A stretch of 24,000 nucleotides of DNA from Alphaproteobacteria bacterium. Lineage in GTDB: Bacteria; Pseudomonadota; Alphaproteobacteria; ATCC43930; CGMCC-115725. The position numbers were made by a program, and so were the translations under genes. Positions within the stretch are counted from its first letter, which is position 1, and each line of letters begins with the position of its first letter. The stretch lies in the NCBI GenBank assembly GCA_028871455.1, contig JAGWNF010000001.1, positions 84,349 to 108,348 on the forward strand. The letters run 5' to 3'. Shown piece by piece: positions 17,735 through 24,000 of this stretch. The notes under the pieces were generated by a model. The model saw only the letters and a program-made list of their open reading frames with translations, was not told where the DNA came from and searched no databases.

Positions 17735-19324
17735 TCACATGTTGGGATAGTTCGGCCCGCCGCCGCCTTCCGGCACTGCCCAGTCGATGTTCTGCGTCGG
17801 ATCCTTGATGTCACACGTTTTACAGTGGATGCAGTTGGGCGCGTTGATCTGAAGCCGCGCCTGGCCGGTTTGGTCTTGGACGATCTCGTAGACCCCAGCG
17901 GGGCAGTAACGCGTCTCGGGCGAACGATAGAGCGCGTAATTCACGGCAATCGCGTCCTTCGGCCGGCGCAGGCGCAGATGCGACGGTTGATTCTCCTCGT
18001 GATTGACGTTCGACAGGTACACCGACGACAGCCGGTCGAAACTCAGCATGCCGTCCGGCTTCGGATAGGCGATCGGTCGCGCGGCGGCGGCATGTCGCAG
18101 ATGTGCGTGGTCGGAGATCTGGCGCAGAGTCCACGGCGCGTGGCCGCGCAGGACATAAGTATCGAGCGCGGCATGGGCGAGCCCCGCCCATAACCCCCAA
18201 CGAAATGCCGGCCGCACGTTGCGGACGGTGCGGAGCTCGGGCCAGACCCACGACGCGGCGAGCGACTGGCGGAAATCGGCGTCCTCGCCGGCCAGCTGGC
18301 GCGCCACGGTCTCGGCGGCGACCATCCCCGATTTCATCGCCGTGTGGCTGCCCCTGATCTTGGGCACGTTGAGGAAGCCGGCGGCACAGCCGATGAGGTG
18401 ACCGCCGGGGAAGCTTAAGGCCGGAATCGACTGGAACCCGCCCTCGTTGAGTGCCCGCGCGCCATAGGCGACGCGTTGGCCGCCGGCCAGGATCGGCGCG
18501 ATCACCGGATGCGTCTTGAAGCGCTGGAACTCTTCGAAGGGGTCGAGGAATGGATTGTCATAATCGAGGCCGACGACGAAGCCGATCGCCACCTGGCGAT
18601 TTTCGAGATGGTAGACGAACGAGCCGCCATACGTCCGGCTATCGAGCGGCCAGCCGATCGTGTGGACCACGCGGCCGGCGTGATGTCGGTCCGCTGGGAC
18701 TTCCCATAGCTCCTTGATGCCGATGCCGTAGGTTTGCGGATCGCAACGCGCCCGCAAGCCGAACCGCGCTTCGAGCGTTTTCGTCAGCGAGCCCCGGCAA
18801 CCCTCGGCGAACAGCGTGAACTTGGCATGCAACTCGACGCCGGGCTGGAAATTCGCGGTCGGCTGGCCGTCCTGGCCGACGCCCATGGCGCCGGTGGCCA
18901 CACCGATGACCCGACCGTTGGCGTCGTAGAGCACCTCCGCGCCGGCGAAGCCGGGATAGATCTCGACGCCCAGCGCTTCGGCCTGCTTTGCCAGCCAGCG
19001 GCATAGATTGCCGAGACTGATGATGTAATTGCCGCGATTGCGCATGGGCGGCGGCGGCGGCACCGACCACGACCGCCGCGGCGTCAACAGCATGAACCGA
19101 TCGTCGCTCGCTGGCGTCAGCAGTGGCGCACCACGACCGCGCCAATCCGGAATCAGCTCGCTGAGCGCCCGCGGCTCGAACACCGCGCCGGAAAGAATAT
19201 GGGCGCCGACCTCGGAACCCTTCTCGACGATGCAGACCGACGTCGCCGGGGCGAGCTGCTTCAGCCGAATCGCCGCGGCGAGACCGGCGGGACCGGCGCC
19301 GATGATCAGCACGTCGTATGCCAT
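17735..19324 (-). CDS. Electron transfer flavoprotein-ubiquinone oxidoreductase
   Basis: '[26 protein letters not shown]'; C-terminal 4Fe-4S region '[56 protein letters not shown]'. ORF track extends to 19339. Confidence 0.96.
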   Translation of the reverse strand: MAYDVLIIGAGPAGLAAAIRLKQLAPATSVCIVEKGSEVGAHILSGAVFEPRALSELIPDWRGRGAPLLTPASDDRFMLLTPRRSWSVPPPPPMRNRGNYIISLGNLCRWLAKQAEALGVEIYPGFAGAEVLYDANGRVIGVATGAMGVGQDGQPTANFQPGVELHAKFTLFAEGCRGSLTKTLEARFGLRARCDPQTYGIGIKELWEVPADRHHAGRVVHTIGWPLDSRTYGGSFVYHLENRQVAIGFVVGLDYDNPFLDPFEEFQRFKTHPVIAPILAGGQRVAYGARALNEGGFQSIPALSFPGGHLIGCAAGFLNVPKIRGSHTAMKSGMVAAETVARQLAGEDADFRQSLAASWVWPELRTVRNVRPAFRWGLWAGLAHAALDTYVLRGHAPWTLRQISDHAHLRHAAAARPIAYPKPDGMLSFDRLSSVYLSNVNHEENQPSHLRLRRPKDAIAVNYALYRSPETRYCPAGVYEIVQDQTGQARLQINAPNCIHCKTCDIKDPTQNIDWAVPEGGGGPNYPNM

Positions 19325-19394
19325 GCGCTCGCGCTGCATCGCGCAGGACTATAGCCGGTGGTCTTCAAAGAACCAGCGATGCTACCCTCGCCAG

Positions 19395-20198
19395 ATGCCC
19401 GATCGCGCCGCGATTTCGCGGCTTCTCGAATGGCAAGTGGCGATGGGTGCCGACGAGGCGATTCTCGACCGGCCCCGCGACCGCCTGCGGCCCAAGGTAT
19501 CCGGAGTACGCCCCGCCGCGCCGGCGGCGATGCCGCCCGTGGCGCCGACCGTGATGGCGCCGCCCGCCACCACCGCACCGGCGAGCGCCATGCTGGCGAG
19601 CGCACGCGAAATGGCCGCGGCGGCAACGACGCTGGCCGAGCTTCGCGCCGCCGTCGAGGCGTTCGACGGATGTTCTCTGCGGCGCACGGCAACTCACACC
19701 GTGTTCGCGGACGGCAACCCGGCCGCGCCGCTGATGCTGATCGGCGAGGCGCCGGGCGCCGACGAGGACCGGATCGGTCGGCCTTTCGTCGGTCGTAGCG
19801 GCCAGCTCCTCGACCGTATGTTGGCCGGGATCGGCGTGACGCGGGCGGAAAACGCCTATATCACCAATGTCTTGTTCTGGCGGCCGCCCGGGAATCGCAA
19901 GCCGACGCCGGAGGAGACCGCGATCTGCCTGCCCTTCGTGTGGCGACACATCGCCCTGTTGCGGCCAAAAATCGTGGTTTTGTGCGGTGGAACGGCTACG
20001 GCCACTTTGCTTAATCGCACCGACGGCATCACCCGATTGCGTGGCCGGTGGTTCGACCTGCCGGTGCCCGGCATCGCAATGCCGGTGCTTGCCTTGGCGA
20101 CGTATCACCCCTCTTTTCTTTTGCGTGCACCTGCACACAAAAGCGAATCCTGGCGTGATCTCTTATCGATACAGTCAAAGCTGAATTCTTTAAAGTAA
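19395..20198 (+). CDS. Uracil-DNA glycosylase, family 4 (Fe-S type)
   Basis: '[27 protein letters not shown]'; motif A '[32 protein letters not shown]'; '[20 protein letters not shown]'; motif B 'YHPSFLLR'. The upstream part of ORF 19029.. is antisense to ETF-QO. Confidence 0.92.
   Translation: MPDRAAISRLLEWQVAMGADEAILDRPRDRLRPKVSGVRPAAPAAMPPVAPTVMAPPATTAPASAMLASAREMAAAATTLAELRAAVEAFDGCSLRRTATHTVFADGNPAAPLMLIGEAPGADEDRIGRPFVGRSGQLLDRMLAGIGVTRAENAYITNVLFWRPPGNRKPTPEETAICLPFVWRHIALLRPKIVVLCGGTATATLLNRTDGITRLRGRWFDLPVPGIAMPVLALATYHPSFLLRAPAHKSESWRDLLSIQSKLNSLK
20118..20143. repeat. 12-bp near-perfect inverted repeat with 2-nt spacer
   Basis: CTTTTGCGTGCA-CC-TGCACACAAAAG; one mismatch, which becomes a G-U pair in minus-strand RNA. 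Confidence 0.85.
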
Positions 20199-20270
20199 TA
20201 AATCGCCTCGTTGTAGAATTTTTAACCGTGCTATAAATGCAGAGCTGATCACCGCAAACTTTATAAAATT

Positions 20271-20299
20271 TTGACTTGCCTTTTGCCGGCAAGATAGTT
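20271..20299 (+). promoter_or_regulatory. Putative sigma70-type promoter with inverted repeat between -35 and -10, upstream of the lytic transglycosylase gene
   Basis: TTGACT (20271-20276), 17 nt, ATAGTT (20294-20299). Inverted repeat CTTGCC-N7-GGCAAG at 20275-20293. Confidence 0.4.
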
Positions 20300-20300
20300 T

Positions 20301-21935
20301 ATGGCGTCCACCATGAACGACTGGGACGGTGGGAGACGGTCGAACAAGACTTACGCTGCGCTGTTTGTTATTGCGATTTTTTCAGCAGCATTGTTCGCCT
20401 TCCATAATGCAGCGGCGGCAGAATTCGGTGCCGAATTCCAGACCGCCGCTTTGACATCGCCGAGCGATCTGCGAAGCGATACGGATCTGCCCTACGTATT
20501 GAGTGGGGCGGACGCCGAACGCTATAGGTTGATCGAGTTGCAGCAGCAGACGGCGCAGTGGCGGGCAGCCGATCACGAAATTGCCTCGCTCCAGGACCGC
20601 CTCCTGCTGGGCCACGTTCTGGCGCAGCGCTATCTCCATCCGCGCTATCACACGAGCTACGCCGAGCTCGCCGCCTGGCTCGACCACTATGGTGACGAGC
20701 CGGAAGCCGGCCGCATCTACGCCCTCGCCGTGAAACGTGCGCCTGCGGGCGCCCAACCGGCCAAGCCGGCGGCGGCACCGGTCATGGCGGACAGCGACTT
20801 CGGGTCGCGGCCGGTTTCGGCCGACGGCGAAGCGACCGCCCCCCTCGGGCTGTGGCAGGCGGGGCTGGCCGATTGGCGCGCCGGCCGCCTCGAGTCCGCT
20901 TTCAAGGCGTTCTCGACGCTCGCCAAATCGTCGGGCCATTCGCCGTGGACCACCTCAGCGGCGGCTTTCTGGGCGGCGCGCGTCGAACTGCGGTCGCATC
21001 GGCCGGCCGAGGTCGAGCGTTGGCTCGATATCGCCGCCAGTCATCCGCGCACCTTTTATGGCTTGCTGGCGACGCGGCTGCTCGGCGTCGATGCCGAGTT
21101 CAATTTCGACCACGCCGCGTTCACCGCCAGCGACGCCGCGCTGATGACCGGCTTGCCTGCCGGCCGCCGTGTCCTGGCCGAGATCGAGATCGGCGATCGG
21201 GCCGCCGTCGCCGCCGAGCTTCGGCTGATGGCGGCACGCGGCGCGTCGCCGACGATCCAAGCCGTCGTCGCGCTCGCCGAGCACGCCAACATGCCGGCAT
21301 TGAGCCTGCGGCTTGCCGCCATCCTCGCGCATCGGGACGGCCAGGCTCACGATCGGGCGCTCTATCCGGTGCCGCGCTGGACGCCGCTCGGCGGCTTCAC
21401 CGTCGATCGCGCCCTGCTCTACGGCGTCATGCGACAGGAGTCGAAATTCGCGCCGCACGTCGTGAGTGATGCCGGCGCGCGGGGCTTGATGCAGCTGATG
21501 CCGGCGACCGCCCGCTCGATGGCGGCACAGCTGGAGAAAAACGTCGACTTCGAGATCGATCGCACGCAGCTCTCCGATCCGGAAACCAACCTGATGCTGG
21601 CGCAGGAATACATCCGGACGCTGCTTACCGACGATCACATCCGCGGGAATCTGCTGTTCTTCGCGCTCGCCTACAACGGCGGACCTACCGCGGTCGCGCA
21701 CCACAAGGCGGCGATGGCCGACTACCGCAACGATCCGCTGTTATTCCTCGAGACGTTTCCGATCGCGCAATCGCGGGCATTCACCGAGCGGGTGATGGCG
21801 AATTATTGGATCTACCGCATGCGTTTCGGTCAGCCGACGCCCGATCTGGACGCGCTTGCCGCGGGCAACTGGCCGATCTATACCGCTTTCGATAATCCCG
21901 ACAGCGGTGAACGCCGTGTCGCCGACAATCGATGA
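20301..21935 (+). CDS. Soluble lytic murein transglycosylase-like protein (SLT domain)
   Basis: 'LLYGVMRQESKFAPHVVSDAGARGLMQLMPATARSMAAQLEKNVDFEIDRTQLSDPETNLMLAQEYIRTLL...NLLFFALAYNGGPTAV'. N-terminal signal-like segment; the true start may be ATG 20313. Confidence 0.93.
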   Translation: MASTMNDWDGGRRSNKTYAALFVIAIFSAALFAFHNAAAAEFGAEFQTAALTSPSDLRSDTDLPYVLSGADAERYRLIELQQQTAQWRAADHEIASLQDRLLLGHVLAQRYLHPRYHTSYAELAAWLDHYGDEPEAGRIYALAVKRAPAGAQPAKPAAAPVMADSDFGSRPVSADGEATAPLGLWQAGLADWRAGRLESAFKAFSTLAKSSGHSPWTTSAAAFWAARVELRSHRPAEVERWLDIAASHPRTFYGLLATRLLGVDAEFNFDHAAFTASDAALMTGLPAGRRVLAEIEIGDRAAVAAELRLMAARGASPTIQAVVALAEHANMPALSLRLAAILAHRDGQAHDRALYPVPRWTPLGGFTVDRALLYGVMRQESKFAPHVVSDAGARGLMQLMPATARSMAAQLEKNVDFEIDRTQLSDPETNLMLAQEYIRTLLTDDHIRGNLLFFALAYNGGPTAVAHHKAAMADYRNDPLLFLETFPIAQSRAFTERVMANYWIYRMRFGQPTPDLDALAAGNWPIYTAFDNPDSGERRVADNR

Positions 21936-22455
21936 CAAGCGCCCTTTCGTTCCCGTCAACATCGCGATCCTGACGGTTTCCGACACGCGCGACGAAGCGT
22001 CCGACAAGTCCGGCCGCACGCTGGTCGAGCTCGCCACCCAAGCCGGCCACCACGTCACCGCCAAGCGCATCATCAAGGATGAGCGGGACGCGATCGTCGC
22101 GGCGCTGCGCGCGTGGATCGCCGATCCGAACGTCGATGTCGTGATCTCGACCGGCGGCACGGGTGTCACCGGCCGCGACGTCACGCCCGAGGCGTTCCAG
22201 TCGGTCTACGAGAAGGAGATCGCCGGTTTCGGCGAGCTGTTCCGCTGGCTCAGCTACCAGAAAGTCGGCACGTCGACGATCCAGAGCCGCGCCACCGCCG
22301 GCGTCGCCAACGGCACTTATCTTTTCGCGCTGCCGGGTTCGCCCGGCGCCTGCCGCGACGGGTGGGAGGTGATCGGTCCGCAACTCGACAACCGCCACCG
22401 GCCCTGCAACCTCGTCGAGCTGATGCCGCGACTCAAGGAACACATCGGACATTAG
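21916..22455 (+). CDS. moaB: Molybdenum cofactor biosynthesis protein B (MoaB/MogA family)
   Basis: 'VNIAILTVSDTRDEASDKSGRTLVELATQAGHHVTAKRIIKDERDAIVAALRAWIADPNVDVVISTGGTGVTGRDVTPEAF...FALPGSPGACRDGWE'. GTG start at 21916 overlaps the upstream gene by 20 nt; the ORF track starts at 21856. Confidence 0.92.
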   Translation: MSPTIDDKRPFVPVNIAILTVSDTRDEASDKSGRTLVELATQAGHHVTAKRIIKDERDAIVAALRAWIADPNVDVVISTGGTGVTGRDVTPEAFQSVYEKEIAGFGELFRWLSYQKVGTSTIQSRATAGVANGTYLFALPGSPGACRDGWEVIGPQLDNRHRPCNLVELMPRLKEHIGH

Positions 22456-22510
22456 AGCCGGGCCCGACCAAGTTCTTGATTTGTTCCCGCGGCCGGCGCA
22501 TCATCGGTCG

Positions 22511-23599
22511 ATGGCCAATTCGGCGAGCGTCTTGTTGCAAAAGGGCCGTGGCGCCGGCAGCAACGCCACCGGCCGCTACGAGCAGGAGAAGCGCGAGGCT
22601 TTCGATGACGGCTGGAGCACCGCCGACGAGCTACCGCCCCGGCTGCCGACGACCTTCTTGCGCGACAGCACGCGCAGCATCATCGCCCGCAACGATTCAC
22701 CCGACATCCCGTTCGACCGCTCGATCAATCCCTATCGCGGCTGCGAGCACGGCTGCATCTATTGCTTCGCGCGGCCGACGCACGCCTATCTTGGCCTGTC
22801 GCCGGGCCTCGATTTCGAGAGCCGGATCCTCGTCAAGGAGCAGGCGCCGGCGCTGCTGGCGGCTGAGTTGCGCAAGCCGTCCTATCGCTGCCGGCCGATC
22901 GCGCTCGGCACCAACACCGATCCCTATCAGCCGGCGGAGCGCCAATACCGGATCATGCGCGGCATCCTCGAAGTGCTGCGCGATTTCCGCCATCCCGTCA
23001 CCATCGTCACCAAGTCGGCGCTGATCCAGCGCGACATCGACATCCTGGCGGAAATGGCGAAGAACAGCCTCGCGGCCTGCGCAGTGTCGGTGACCACGCT
23101 CGATCGCAGGCTGGCGCGGACCATGGAGCCGCGCGCGGCGACGCCGGAGCGCCGGCTCGAGACTGTCGCGGCGCTCGCCGCCGCGGGCATTCCGACCGGC
23201 ATCATGGCGGCGCCAATGATTCCGGCACTCAACGACGCCGAACTCGAAGCCATCCTGGAGCGCGGCGTCGCCGCCGGCGCGCGTGGCGCCGGTTATACCA
23301 TGTTGCGCCTGCCGCTCGAGGTCGCGCCTTTGTTCATCGAGTGGCTCAACAACCATTTCCCGGAAAAGGCCAAGCACGTGATGTCGCTAGTGCGCGAGGG
23401 CCATGGCGGCAAGGACTATAATCCGCAATGGGGCAAGCGCATGACCGGCACCGGCCCTTATGCCGAAGTGCTGCGCATCCGGTTCGAGACCGCGTGCCGG
23501 CGGCTGAAGCTCAACCTCAATCGCGGCCGACTGTGGCGGCTCGACACCACGAAGTTCGCGCCGCCGCCGATGCCGAGCGCGCAGCTCACGTTGTTCTGA
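22511..23599 (+). CDS. PA0069-family radical SAM protein (spore photoproduct lyase-like)
   Basis: 'GRGAGSNATGRYEQEKREAFDDGW...DIPFDRSINPYRGCEHGCIYCFARPTHAYLGLSPGLDFESRILVKEQAP', with CxxxCxxC motif. Confidence 0.9.
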   Translation: MANSASVLLQKGRGAGSNATGRYEQEKREAFDDGWSTADELPPRLPTTFLRDSTRSIIARNDSPDIPFDRSINPYRGCEHGCIYCFARPTHAYLGLSPGLDFESRILVKEQAPALLAAELRKPSYRCRPIALGTNTDPYQPAERQYRIMRGILEVLRDFRHPVTIVTKSALIQRDIDILAEMAKNSLAACAVSVTTLDRRLARTMEPRAATPERRLETVAALAAAGIPTGIMAAPMIPALNDAELEAILERGVAAGARGAGYTMLRLPLEVAPLFIEWLNNHFPEKAKHVMSLVREGHGGKDYNPQWGKRMTGTGPYAEVLRIRFETACRRLKLNLNRGRLWRLDTTKFAPPPMPSAQLTLF

Positions 23600-23689
23600 T
23601 CGCGCGGCCGCGATTTCGTCCTCGGGATTCATGTGATTGAACGCGGCTGCGCGCTTGCACGCCGCAACGCAGGCGTGTCTCCTACCGAC

Positions 23690-24000
23690 ATGCCGGACCT
23701 CGTGCTCGAGCGGGAATGCGACGGCGTCGTCTGCGGCATCGACGAGGCCGGGCGCGGTCCGTTGGCCGGTCCGGTCGTCGCGGCCGCGGTGATCATCGAC
23801 GCGACGCGTATGCCACGCAGCCTGCGCCAGCAGATCGACGATTCGAAGAAGCTCCTGCGCGAGGAGCGCGAGGAATATGCCGCCCGGCTGTGGTCCTGCG
23901 CCCGTATCGGCATCGGCGCCGCCTCCGTTGCCGAGATCGACCGAATCAACATCCTCCAGGCGTCGCTGCTCGCCATGCGGCGGGCACTCGACGCCTTGCC
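23690..24000 (+). CDS. rnhB: Ribonuclease HII, truncated by right edge of window
   Basis: '[68 protein letters not shown]', with [19 protein letters not shown] motif. Alternative GTG start at 23633. Not in the ORF track because there is no stop in the window. Confidence 0.95.
   Translation, partial: MPDLVLERECDGVVCGIDEAGRGPLAGPVVAAAVIIDATRMPRSLRQQIDDSKKLLREEREEYAARLWSCARIGIGAASVAEIDRINILQASLLAMRRALDAL

Noticed and set aside
15979-17808. 609-aa plus ORF antisense to the TPR protein
   Set aside because: Longer than the real gene but without motifs; the sense frame has a signal peptide and TPRs.
19029-19394. N-terminal 122 aa of the ORF containing uracil-DNA glycosylase
   Set aside because: Antisense to ETF-QO; the family 4 UDG N-terminus ([20 protein letters not shown]) begins at 19395.
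22113-23024. 303-aa plus ORF overlapping moaB and the radical SAM gene
   Set aside because: Frame-shifted Arg/Ser/Ala-rich translation of two well-supported genes.

Overview
The window is a high-GC chromosomal segment, probably alphaproteobacterial, made mostly of conserved core genes. Minus strand, right to left: divergent etf-qo, TPR protein and ispE; then zauP-like/zapA, a likely 6S RNA and fau; then ymdB, yebC, ruvC, ruvA, ruvB, ybgC, tolQ, tolR, tolA, tolB, pal (followed by an intrinsic terminator), cpoB and tilS (truncated at the left edge). Plus strand: a 4-bp-overlapping pair of a ParB-like-domain protein and a PodJ-like Sel1-repeat membrane protein, a family 4 uracil-DNA glycosylase, a lytic transglycosylase, moaB, a radical SAM protein and rnhB (truncated at the right edge). 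The best candidate for an under-described system is the ParB-like/Sel1 pair at 12115-15077. The two proteins share a gapless N-terminal motif (xPxxRxxAExAARxxGxPxxxWLxRxI). The ParB-like domain departs from canonical ParB at several normally conserved positions, appears to lack a C-terminal dimerization domain, and has no parA neighbour in the window. Other items worth a look are an unlisted 6S RNA with a perfect closing stem, the zauP-like gene, an AT-rich island with a large palindrome and a promoter-spanning inverted repeat before the transglycosylase gene, and an inverted repeat before pal. No CRISPR array, tRNA, rRNA or mobile element was recognised. Family assignments come from reading protein motifs; no database search was run.
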